From the NCBI RefSeq assembly GCF_001949145.1, contig NW_019091357.1, positions 3,558,228 to 3,622,227 of the forward strand: a DNA stretch of 64,000 bases. The letters are read 5' to 3'. Made by a program: the position numbers and the translations under genes. The notes beneath the pieces were generated by a model, which was not told the origin of the DNA, ran no database searches, and saw only the letters and a program-made list of their open reading frames with translations. Numbering within the stretch: position 1 is the stretch's first letter; every line of letters begins with the position of its first letter. Source of the stretch: Acanthaster planci (lineage: Eukaryota). Below are positions 40,803 through 52,696 of this stretch, piece after piece.

Positions 40803-42961
40803 AAAACCTACATCATAATTATTGCTTATTTATTATGGAAATTAACTGAACCTGCTTTGCTGAATAATTAGGACAATACATTGAATTGTCAACGTACTTA
40901 TATGCCATACACCTCCTGCCGAACATGGTTGTTTTTCAAATCCAGCAATACGTTAACCGGAAAAATGTTTAGCGGATATACACAAAATATCTAACTAACA
41001 TACACGTACTGCATTTCCTTCGGTGGTATCTTGACCGTGGTTTTCTGTGTTCCGCGGAGATATGTTTAATTAACGAAACTCAACATCCAGCCCGACAGTT
41101 GTTACATTTGAATTCGTGCCCGTAAGTTCCATTGGGCGGAGTGCTCTAATTAATGAGGAATATCGATGCACAAGAGAGAAAATAGCACCAAGACAGCATT
41201 CTTTCAAACCTTTATCATGACCGTTGGAATTTGGATTGATTTATAATCAGCGACCCTGACAAAATATAAATTACAAACACTGTTTAACGAGAGCACTGTC
41301 TCAGTGAGCCTGGCAAGACGGCTGTAATGATAAATTCGTAAGCTGGTGATTTTATGCTCCTACTCGCGTCATTCATCTCATCTTCCGAAACGCGATTTCC
41401 CCTTATTGCATTCCACTACTTCACAAATGTATTCAGACCTCACTCAATTCCCAGTTAAAGGACAGAAGAGCTGTCCGTGCTATCCAAAAAGGACCAAATT
41501 GTTAAGGCTAAGGAAAATTGCCAAGCTGTTTCCAGGTCATCCCCCTCTCGGTTTCGACTGGAGGTATATCCCAAACTCAGATTTACTATCGGGGTTGTGT
41601 GTGGCCCAGTACAGGTCAACATTTAAAGTGAGCATTGTGTTGGCTAAGGCTGAGATGACACTGGGCACATGCCATGCAGAGGAAAGTTACGATAATTTCG
41701 AATGAGATGAAAATGGCAGAATCGACTTGGCAAGTCTAGGGCTGTTGTAAGATACCTGTATTTTGTAATGCCAGAGACGACGCTTTGGGGTATTTCGTTA
41801 AAATTTAATTTCATGCCAAGGCAAGTAACTCGGATTGGATTCTCTCGGGGCGAGAAACACAAACTAATTTTCGAGTGGCTGCAGGTCATCGAGCTTTTGC
41901 CTTCACGTGTACATGATGTAGGTCTCGGCAAATATTTACCACTCGTCATCTGTTCACTAATGACAAACGTAAACTCCCTGGGAAGGCAGTATTTTCAACC
42001 TCGTCCTCGGTGTACAGTGTACTGCAACAAATGTGCTCTTAACAAAACGTCTCTTACAAAAACTATGTGAATAACTGAAAGCGCATTTCATTCACCATGT
42101 TAAATTTCGATGGCAAAATATGTTTGAGAATGGTATGACATAATTTACATACCTTTATATTTTATATATAACTATATCTTGAGGGTAATATGGAACCTTC
42201 AAGATTAGCACGGGAGCCAGAATTTAATTATTAGAGCCTGGTGAGTGACGTTTTAATAAATTTATTCCTCTGACATATATTGTTGTCGCTGCGTTTTAAT
42301 CTAATCAAAGATAATACCTATTTGAGCAAAAGATACTCAGGGGTTTATTCTGCAATATCCAAATTCTCCTGTTCTGTCTCAGAAATGTTTAAAAACTCTT
42401 TTTAAGGATGGCGTGTTTCCAGGAAGGACGAGGAAAATACTGTACCGGTATCATAGGAAAGTTCATATCCGGTAATCAATTGTCAACGTGGCTAGGTTAA
42501 ACGTCTTTCAAGCCTAAAATGTCTGAAACTCTACACCGGGAAACGGGTTCCTGACGCAAAAGATGCCAAGAGCATTTTCCCCACTGTATTCAAAGGAGGC
42601 TTGATTGTCGCAAAACAGACAAATGCAGAATATACGTCAGCTATTTGTGGTTTCTTTCTCACCCTCTCTTTCTAAATGGCCAGTGTGACAGTGCTGCAGT
42701 TTGGTGGGAAATAATGCATATGTTACATGTGGGCAAAGCCTTTCCTTTTCCGGATACTGAACGGAGTTTTCAGTTTATACTTTCCAAATGGTGGAAATTT
42801 CAAATGTCCTTTAAGTGGGAATAAACAGTTAAATAACAGTAAGTTAAAACCGCAGTTATCAATTTGAAATAAGTCTGTAATTATGACCAACTGAGTTTTG
42901 ATAAGAAATTTATTTTCTGCGATTACCTATAATTTCAAAAAGAGATTTTCTCATTAATCTT

Positions 42962-43133
42962 CAACTTCGGAGATTTAAGTTCCATTAATGTCCAACGATG
43001 AAAATGTTGGGGAAAGTACACCTCTCTTCTTTAAATGTTGGGGGAAGTACACCTCTCTTCTTTAAGAAGAGAGGTGTACTTTCCCCAACATTTTCATCGT
43101 TGGACATTAATGGAACTTAAATCTCCGAAGTTG
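42962..43133. repeat. Perfect 70-bp inverted repeat with an internal 31-bp tandem duplication
   Basis: 42962-43031 is the exact reverse complement of 43064-43133. Segment 43033-43063 of the spacer duplicates 43002-43032 with one mismatch. Confidence 0.95.
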
Positions 43134-45565
43134 TAACAGTTTATACAGTGTTTGGTTTGTCTGAATGGCAAATGCGATGACTGCATACTTGACGGCGACA
43201 GTGGTTTTAAGTTATTCAGTAAAAGTTCTGGTCTTTAATTTAAAAGCTACTCCCAGGAAAATATGGCTACTCAACCTGAAATGACAGGATAAACGGTTTT
43301 AATTTCATCTCGTAACTACCGTTAAATCAAATCCCTACAATGCACTGTCTCGGATGGCTGCGTTTTTATTCACACTTGAAACTTCCCCCTCAATTTCTGT
43401 CAAAAACGCCACTCGTCCTGGGGACCCAGTCATCATTAGTCATCAGTGTTTGACAGAGATCACTTGTCATGATGGAATGATTAACACATGGAACGGTCGT
43501 CGGGAATCCTATGATTCGACGGGCGCAAAAAAATGGCGAGGCCTTGGAACTGCACAAGCCCTTGAATTGTCTCTGATTCAGTACATAAAGAAAGAGTAAG
43601 CGGAATCGGAAGCGCCGCTTAGGTGGCGCTTTTATTTTTAAACTCGACAATCACCGACAATGTCTAGAAGATCATTGATGATCAACGACATTTCACGGTA
43701 GGGAAGAAGGCCTACGTGGCTATATGACATCATTCCTGGCCCTTAAAATCAAGACAAGACGGAGTTCGCCTTTGATTCTCAGCCCTTAACATCCACCACG
43801 CAAAGCGTTTGTACATGTTTGAAAATTGTTTGGAAAGACTAATGCTTTGATGTAGTTGGGAGGGGTATAACTGAATATACCCCCAATCGATACATGCAAT
43901 TTTAATTTACCAAAATCATTTTTTAGAATATGAATGTACAAATTTGTATGGATATTACTATTTTTTTTAATTTTTCTCTTAATAGTGCTAATTTTCCCAG
44001 ATATACTTTGCAGGGACACCTTTCTATTAAAAAATTTTGTGATAAAAGTAAATGTGATAATAGGTACATAGCAACAAAATGCGGAGGTTGATGTCATCAC
44101 ATTCAAGATAAATCTGGAGAGAAGACGGCCTGTTTTCAGGCTTTAGAATTTTTGGCGGGGGGGGGATCATACCAGTGGTCCATCATTCCAGTGTCTCCAG
44201 CTATTTTTCCGCCTAGAGCGCAGATGTTCCTGAACAATGGTTATCATTACCTCCGCGGGACTACGCAATTGTCAATCTGCACGCAATAATTCTCCCATCA
44301 GCCGTGACCTGTAGTCAAGGAAATGATAATTATTCAATATCGGGATCCGGACGATCGTGACGATAACTGTGCTCAAACCTCGTAAAAAGCAAGGAGGCAT
44401 TTGAACCCCTGTACGGATGTGCTGAACGCACCAAAATGTGAGTTGGTGCGATACCCGTGATGCTGTGATGTAAGAGGAGGCGTGGCTGGAACTGAAGCAG
44501 GGAAACTTTGAAAGGATTACAAGTATTCGAGTTTGTAAAAACCCGATTTGTTTCGCTGCATTCAAATGAATAACGCATGAATCGTGCACGCTATTGTGAG
44601 TGCCTGCATGGAGCAACGCCCATCCCGTACGCCGAGTACGGTGGGAGGCCTTTCTGAGGAAGCGTTCTGTTGTCAACCAATGAGTGCAAATTTAGAACAG
44701 CGAAATGTTTATGATAATTTTTATTTAAAGCTTTCAGTATATTTTGTCCCACTTCAAAGGAGTGTCATGAGCTTCAAGAAAGAAATCAAATCCACAGTTT
44801 TGCGTAATGCTTGATATTCAAGTGGATTCTGGTGTTTCAGTGAAATTTTGGTAGCTAGATGTGAGCTAGATGGACATATTTAACATAATTTAAAATGACA
44901 CTGCATGACATACCGACGTGTGACAAAACACCAATTTCGTACGTTAATTAACATCCATGGGTAATCGTATCGTGGCAACGCGCACATATGACATTTCTCA
45001 TGCTTCATTTAGAACAACAATAAACGATGGGAAGTCGAGGTAAATAAGCATTTCCGAAAAGTCTGAGGCACGTCACCTGAACAGACATTTACTGACAAGG
45101 ATAAAGAAACTAACATAGCCTTGGAATAATAGAAGGGAGAGAAGATTGAGGACGATGGCATAAAGTCTGGATTTAGACTTCCTGTTTTGACAAATACATC
45201 AGCTACCCTATACAGATTTATTTCTACATTAATAAGCTACAATATCTGTAAGTCTCAGTTGTTTCTATAAGCATCCACTCTTCAAAGTCCCCTAATCTTA
45301 TAAGCCATCTTTTACGGAACAGAAGACACAAAATTATAATATCAGGATGAGCCGTCAGGCATGTAAGCCCACAAGCACACGCACGGTAATTATGTATGCA
45401 GAGAGACCCCATGCCCTCCGGGAGTGAATCTACAAGCCCTCGCACGAAGAAGGCACTGAGGGAAGAGATGATGAGAGAGGGAAAAGGAGATAAGGGCATG
45501 AATTTCCCGCTCTGCTGCCTTCTCTTTTTCTCTCTCATGCGCTATTTTTCTCCTTCCCCTTGCAG

Positions 45566-45702
45566 TCCGCATAATACACACCAATCACATTCAAGACAGG
45601 ACCCGGCGTTGATGATTCATCCGCTGATCGGACCGCTATCAGACCACAGGGGGACTGCTGGCCGAGGACCGGCCGCGTGTGACGTGAGGCCACTACAGCA
45701 AG
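45566..45702 (+). other. Candidate exon of the mir-124 host transcript
   Basis: Long polypyrimidine tract ending TTTTTCTCCTTCCCCTTGCAG at 45565. Donor AAG|GTATCT after 45702. Confidence 0.4.
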
Positions 45703-46161
45703 GTATCTGTTTTTGTATTCCTTATATGGCGGGAGAATTAGGAAAATAATAGTCCGATCGAGGAAATTGTGACAGTGACTCGCAGGCGGTACGGTCCGAA
45801 ATGCGAGTCAACATCTCGACAAATTTGCACCGAGCGTTTGCAGTCAGCGCGTGTGATGAGGGGATGGGACTGCGCTGGTCACCAACAATGCGTGAAATGG
45901 GGTGCCGCTTGCTCCTGTCAGAGAGCCACGTAAATCCAATAATATTACTGATGGACAACAGGAAATTGCCTTTCAACTGAGACGGGCACTGTGTGGAATA
46001 TATGGTGCCAGTCCACGGGGAAAAACTACACATACACACTATGTGAAACTGACCTATGCTCCACTTTTGTAGGGGTAAGGCGTTAAGGTTGAAGCCTCCA
46101 ATAAAGTATGCACAAGTTGCAGCCCCTCAAAATGTTGAGTATTAAGCTGTTCTTCTTCCAG

Positions 46162-46282
46162 GACACATGCATCACAATCATCTGGTAGCCTTAACCACGT
46201 TGGGTGGAACAACGTCAGAGCGGCTGAAAAGATCAGCTGACACTGAAGGCAGTATTCTTGGTGGAGGAATCATACAACGAAG
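46162..46282 (+). other. Candidate exon of the mir-124 host transcript
   Basis: Acceptor CTGTTCTTCTTCCAG ends at 46161. Possible donor AAG|GTGAAA after 46282. Confidence 0.3.
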
Positions 46283-47885
46283 GTGAAAAAAAAACAAAAA
46301 TCTGCCAGAACCTTTTTGAAGATGGTGGTAGCAGGATAGGACTTTCTTTGTACAGTGATGTTCCTATCACGTCCAGCGTGTAAAGTACACGTTCTTGAAA
46401 TCTACGTCCATCCTTGGATTATTTCCAGTCAAATACAGCTTATCTGTTTTGTATAGGATGGGCATGAGCCGAAGGTAAACAGTTTCAATCTTTTTCTTTT
46501 TAAAGAATTTGGCGTCTTGTGTGTTATGTTCATTATTCAATGGAATATCAGTGAGGATCGTTGTCAATGTCACCATGTGTTCGGTGCAAAACGTTTGTTG
46601 ATATTTTAGAAGAATCTTTACCACTTTCCTGCAATCATTTGCAAACACAGCGCACTATGAAAACAAAGAAATGGTTAATGACAAGACCGTTGTGGTGACC
46701 ATGCCATCAAGTGTGTCTACTGCACATTCTTTTGCTGTTTAATCTACTCTGATGTATTTGGATACGCCTATACGGTCAACCGTGGCCGATGATCCGAGAA
46801 GGTGGGATATGTGACTCGTAAGAGCTCAATAAAAAGACGTACCCAGTCAGTCGCGACGGGCTCTGTCGTCTGAAACGTCAGAATCGATTATATCCATAAT
46901 TCAACATGGGAAATTAGTTTAACTAAAGATGAATGTTCCGGAATAAGAAAAATTTCACCCCCCCCCCAAAAAAAAACCGCGCTCTTGAAATTCCCTTCGT
47001 CATATTCATTCTTGATCAATTAAGACAGGTTTTACGTTCGTCTTGCAGATAGGTGTATTAATATTAAAGTATGGGTAAACTAGGCATTGCGTTTGAAGTC
47101 CTTACCACGTTATTTGTTTATTTCACTTGTTTAGTTGTTGGCATCATGCAGGCCGGAGTCAAATTGCCGGTATCAACAATAACAATACAGCTGATATCAC
47201 AAAACAGAGGGTTACAGAACGACCAACCGTGTCATTTTCCAGAGTAGGAAATATATACCGGTAATTATAAAATATAAATTGTAGCTGGACTCAATACTGT
47301 CACATGACACCAAACGTGAGTTGCGACCAGTAATATGTTTTTATTCACGAATACTATGAAATACAAGTGTCCAGAACGTAGTTTTAGCGAACTCGGGACA
47401 ATTCGCAGCTTGATTAAATCGCATTAAATGCTAGATCGAATAGGACGCGCAGGAATATATCCCGTAAATTCTAGAAGTACGTCCACAGAGATCGTGTCAA
47501 CATTTTGAGCAGCATTTGAGCAGTTTTATTGTGATCATGACTCCACTAAATTGATCACCAGAACCCAATGAACACTCGGCAGTTAAGACACCCCGGAGAT
47601 TCCCGGGAAAGTGAACGTATTGTCAGGGTTTGTCTCGCACATCATGCAAGAATTAGACAGCGACCACATTATAGCTGGTGTCCTCCAAATCGAGGTTGAC
47701 ACACTAGCAGATTTGATATTACGAATAATACGAATCCGGGCTGCTTGCAGATATTACTCAAGCTTAAATCGTGCGATGAATGCTTTTGGTTGCGAGCGTG
47801 TTTTCTCCGCATCTTGTATTTGCGCCACGGGCGCTAAATGAGAAAATGGTCTGGTGGGCCGGTCTCCCAGCGACGAGCACAATCC

Positions 47886-48023
47886 ACCAATCAGCCTCAC
47901 AGGTGAGCAGCTTGCTCCAAAAACAACGAGTTCAGCTGTTCTGGTAATTGACGCACTATATTGGGCTATAAGAAAAAAAGATCAGGCATCCATGTCGACG
48001 AACTCGCCTCGAACCAATCAGCC
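47886..48023 (+). promoter_or_regulatory. Twin NF-Y CCAAT boxes with E-boxes upstream of mir-124
   Basis: Identical ACCAATCAGCC at 47886-47896 and 48013-48023, with CAGGTG and CAGCTG E-boxes between them. Confidence 0.4.
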
Positions 48024-48769
48024 AGAGCTCTTTAGGTTTGTACTTCTTACCAAGCTTGCAGGTGGGCTGAAGAAAAAAGGAAATTAAAAGGCTTTTAATG
48101 CAAGCAAACTTACGCCTTTCCCAAGTGCATACTTTTACCCGACCTTGTCGCCGGAGCTGATTACAGGTAGACTTGCAATGGTGGACCGTACTTACATCTA
48201 ACAGTTGACATTAAAATGTTATTTCGATATTTTCACTGGGTTGTTTTTGTTTCTTGTTTGGAGGTTAAAATGTCGTTCCAAGTTAAGTTAGAAATTCCGG
48301 AATCATATTGAAAGGTGTTAGCAATGGGATATGCGGAATGTTATTGGGATATTGCTCTTAAACGACATGAGGTTTAGTTAACGCGATATTAGCGATTTGG
48401 TGTCGAAGAACCGTCTTGGATATCGTGGAAAATGCTTTTGGTATGGGTATTATTCAACACTGCGTGCTGCACAATTATATTCAAGGAGAGGTAATTAACA
48501 GTACAATTTTCTTTACCGTTTCTTTGTTTGAACTGTCGAATTCATTGAAAAAATTATGTCCACAGTAAAGGGTGCAAAGAAGGATAATTTAGTGTAAGAC
48601 TTAAGGTAGCTTTTGCATGTAAATTTGATTCGGGGTTTTGGAGGACCGATTTGATCGCAGAATAATGCTAAAGTCAGGTTAACAACCATGCATAAAGACT
48701 TGTATCTGGGCATAAGTATGCGCGTGCAATGGAATACCCATGGCGAATGGCAAACAAAACACGACATAG

Positions 48770-48777
48770 TGACGTCA
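48770..48777. promoter_or_regulatory. Full CRE/ATF site about 380 bp upstream of the hairpin
   Basis: TGACGTCA. Confidence 0.4.
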
Positions 48778-49152
48778 TCAGGATTGAGGTGTTTTCACGA
48801 AGAGGAAATGACATGATTTGATAAGAAACGTCTTCTCGCCAGACTGAGTGATTCCTTAATCTGAATCCCATTTAACCATGGCCCCGTTTTCTTGTCAGTT
48901 GTAATCCACAGGAATGGCGTTTCACACCGTGATATCCCCCGCGCTCCTCTGTCCTCATTAGCGTCCATCCTCCTGACGTGGAACTTCATCTGGTGATGAA
49001 GGACGCACCAGAGTCCATCTGATACACAATGGTGGGGGAGACTGCACTTTCTTTTTATCTTGAGATGATGAATGATCTACAGTCAAGATGTCCAAACCAA
49101 ACACCGATGAACTCATCTGCTCTGCTGCACAGGCCTCTGCTAATATCTTGTA

Positions 49153-49235
49153 TCCAGTTCTTAGTGTTCACTGCGATCCTTGATTTACACACAACGTGGG
49201 CAATTAAGGCACGCGGTGAATGCCAAGAGCCTGGA
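49153..49235 (+). ncRNA. mir-124: microRNA precursor mir-124 (mature 3p arm 49205-49226; star/5p arm from about 49163)
   Basis: 49205-49226 = TAAGGCACGCGGTGAATGCCAA, the conserved mature miR-124. The 5' arm AGTGTTCACTGCGATCCTTGAT (49163-49184) resembles vertebrate miR-124-5p CGTGTTCACAGCGGACCTTGAT. By hand, 49161-49185 pairs with 49202-49226 at 22 of 25 positions (G:U included). A lower stem runs to TCCAG/CTGGA. A basal UG lies at 49149-49150, 14 nt before the inferred Drosha cut. Confidence 0.97.
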
Positions 49236-49315
49236 ATCCATACACATCGTTCATCAGTGCCAAGGGTGACCCAGCCCGGCGCGGAGTGCAATCTCGCTAG
49301 GAATCCGAGGTACAT

Positions 49316-49323
49316 CGTGGGAA
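49316..49323 (+). promoter_or_regulatory. Su(H)/CSL consensus site
   Basis: CGTGGGAA, 80 bp 3' of the hairpin. Confidence 0.3.
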
Positions 49324-50418
49324 TGATTTCGAGTCTGCGAAGGTTCCTGAGCTGAGTTCCTCATATCCGACATCGGTAACAACCGGGACTTGTGTTCACA
49401 ATGCTAGGGACCAGTGGTTGTGCTTCAAGTGATTGAATGATTGGAATGCACCAGCGTCGTTGGGTGAAGGCGGATGTGATTACTGGGACCACTTGCTGAA
49501 TGGTGCCTTATTAACATGGCTTACATCAAAGTTGACTACTCTTTCCCTCGCACTTGCACAGTTTCAAAGGTTCCATTCAAATTTGATATTTCTTTAACTA
49601 TAATGCCACGCATGATGCCTAATGAAAGGGCCATCTACCGTACACTGCATTACATTAGTTGTGTATGGTTGCTGGTTTATTAAACACACGATAAAGAACA
49701 CATTTAACAAATCACGTAACTTGGAAATATGTAAATGTTTGGTATTACGGTAAAAATGTTGTAATACAACGGCCTGGATTAATAAATACCTGTATATGTA
49801 CATGTATGCATTGTTTAATTCGACGATGATTATTTCAATGCCATGTTTGATTATTTATGTCCCGCAGGGACGAACACTAACGTTTACTTCGTGTTTTGCA
49901 CATTCAGTTACAGAATCTCACACGCAATCCTGTTCTTTGATTTACATACTACCAGGGCACGTAAGAGAACGGAAGCCATACTTGGACAGTTCCAGCCTTA
50001 TTGTCCAAAACACGAGATCGGGCGACCCAAAATGTCCCCGGATCCTCTCAGTTTGTCTTTCGTATTGAAAAATCGAAGCCATCAATTCCAAGCCATGCGC
50101 CCAAACCAAAGCCGAAACCAGATTCACTCACGCCAACCGTTTCTATTAAAAACCTACACAAGGAGGCAACGCTCTTGACTCGATGTCCTGGCGCATAATT
50201 TCGGTTGTGTCCTTTGAAAGCCAGCGAGAGGCGACCAAAGGTAGCTTCTTGGGTTCCCCCTTCTGGAACACGCATCCCCCTCTCTCATTCCCGTCTGCGA
50301 TCGATTGCCAAGACGGGGCAGGGAAAGAAAGTAGAGAGAGTAGGCCGGTAAGAGATGACGGGGCAAAGCGAGAGAAGCGAGCGAGTCCACTGACTTAAAC
50401 ACAATAAGCAAATGGGAG

Positions 50419-50655
50419 GATTGGGCTGCTGGACGCCAGTCGCATTTCCCTTAATGCACCGGAAGCAGGGACCTACCTGGCTTTCCCCGGTCCCTCCACC
50501 GAGCGGCTTGGCACGTTTCAACTAGCGCAGCCCGGCGCCTTGCTTGCCGCTGAGTGCCCAACGAGCGGGAGGCTTTCGATCGATTGGAATTCGGCAGGTC
50601 GATTGGGAGTTTTCGAAGAGGGGGGAGAAAAGGAAAAGCCAGTCGAAAAGATTGG
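50419..50655 (-). promoter_or_regulatory. Cluster of four inverted CCAAT boxes in a GC-rich block
   Basis: GATTGG at 50419, 50582, 50601 and 50650. Confidence 0.4.
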
Positions 50656-52495
50656 GCGAAGCTAGAAATGGAATCGAAGAAGGCACTCGATTAACTGATT
50701 AGATAATTAGGTAAAGCAGGCTTCCACTTAGGCCCCAATTGACCAAACTGGGGCTGTGCATAATTGACGCCGTAACAATTTAGCAGTCCTAACTTTGTGT
50801 ATGCACAATATCAATACCTAAAAGTTCAGTCTTTGCTCAAAGCTGGGAAAAGCATCAGGCCCATCCTGAAACTATACCTACGACACCTATAAAGTGTTTG
50901 AGGTGCCTGAATGAGAATGTATCAAAAGTGTCGTGTAACTGATTGTGTACAAATAAATCTTGCTCATCTGATTTTCGAGAGAAAAGTAGTCGTCTCTATC
51001 AAACTATAATTGTAGACAAAACATCAACAACTACAAAGATTATTAGCTTCAGCTGTATACATTTTTTATTTCCTTCATTTATGTTTATTATTACCTGCAA
51101 TTTGCAACTTACAAGCAATGCTGTCAAGAAGCTTTTTGTAGCTGACATATCAAGCCATTTCCAGTCTTGGAATACATCTGGCTAATCAAAATGAGGTGTA
51201 ACTTTTAAAAGATGAATGGGTAAATAGTCGAGATCTTCTCTACGTAATATACTGCCATTTTGTGTGAATGTGCGCAAATACACGACTGTTATGATTTCTG
51301 TGAATGAAAGTGACGGATATTAAAGATGGAATAAACACACGAAACTGTGCCGGTGCTTGATTTAAAATATAAGCAGATGCAGATGCGCCGATTGCAGTTG
51401 CCCTGTCCATTTATTAAATGCCAAACGTCAAAAAGAACTGCCTTCACAATCAGGGCTGATGACAAGACTATCCACCTCCCACGAAACACTCTCTGAGATT
51501 AGGCTTACACAGAAAACAAATCCAGTACCACCAACGTACTGAATCATTTTGCCGGACCAAATCGCAAGGAAGATGAAACCCACACCAGGTCGCTGGCGAG
51601 CTTGATGGCCAGAGCGAGAGAAAAGAGAATTTACGGATAGGACAGGAGATGGAGATGAAGACACATCGGCCCAATATACTTTCATCACCTTGGTAATTGG
51701 AGTGATGAGGCCATTGTGACGTCAATGCACACAGTGCAAGGTTCAGTTCTTACTTTTTATTCCCCTTTTTGCAGAAGAGCACAAGACCATAATCTCGGTG
51801 ACCTATGAACTCTCCTCACTTTGATTAGAATCTCAAACCTAGTAAAATGAAATCACGAGCCATCAAAATTGGAACCCCTTTCATTTCTGTAATATCTTCT
51901 CGTGCAATAACGGCGACGGGAAACCTAGCATGTACACATGTAATTGAATAAGGATGAAAACGAGCGTGTGTTGTGTCTAGGTTTTATGTTGGCACAATTG
52001 CATTAAAGAGAGCTTTATATTGAATTAAATATATAATGGTGGCAGAAATGGCTTATGACGAAGGCGTAAAATTCACTGCAGTGGCTCCCAGGTTGTCTGG
52101 TGGATTTTCGCCGATTACCAGCTTTATTTTAACTAGGAGAGGGACTAATTTGCATTTTAAACATTATACTTAATGGATCCTAAGTGTGCAGGTAATGCTC
52201 AGGTTATCAGACCGTGATATCAGATCCAGCAGGGTTATTATGGGGCGGGCAAGTGCCTTTTCACATATAGCATGGACCTATCACGAAATCTCCCCTCGCT
52301 TCACTTTATGTGTGCAATCTTGTTTGCATATATGATCTGATAGAGTAAATGTTAACCAGCCTGGATCGTTTTCCCCACTTATCAGTATTGATAGAAAACA
52401 TTTCACAACTTTTCACTTTCACTTTCATTTCGAGAATTTAGCGCATATCTCGTGCATACATCACGAATTGGGAGGCCAACTGATTTCACGGTTTA

Positions 52496-52696
52496 AGGCT
52501 GGTTCATATTTCAGGCGACCGCGAAATTGAAGCGAATTTTATATTAAAAATTTTCGTGGCAAGGTATTCCCTATAGTCAAAACTGTTCGACTGACTAGAA
52601 TTGTGTTCAGCTTTTACACATTTCCAGCACGAATATTTGATTTGGCGTCAAAAGTTTGCCTTTGCTTTTACTTTTGCACCGAGTATGCACCGGCCT
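52496..52696. mobile_element. Diverged PIF/Harbinger-like MITE
   Basis: Left end AGGCTGGTTCATATTTC and right end GAGTATGCACCGGCCT (revcomp AGGCCGGTGCATACTC) form imperfect TIRs. TTA flanks both sides (52493-52495, 52697-52699), matching the TWA target duplication of PIF/Harbinger. Degenerate internal inverted symmetry (GAAGCGAATTTT / AAAAGTTTGCCTTT). Confidence 0.6.

Noticed and set aside
42962..43133. CRISPR-like or terminator interpretation of the repeats
   Set aside because: The context is eukaryotic. No regularly spaced direct repeats with unique spacers occur anywhere in the window.
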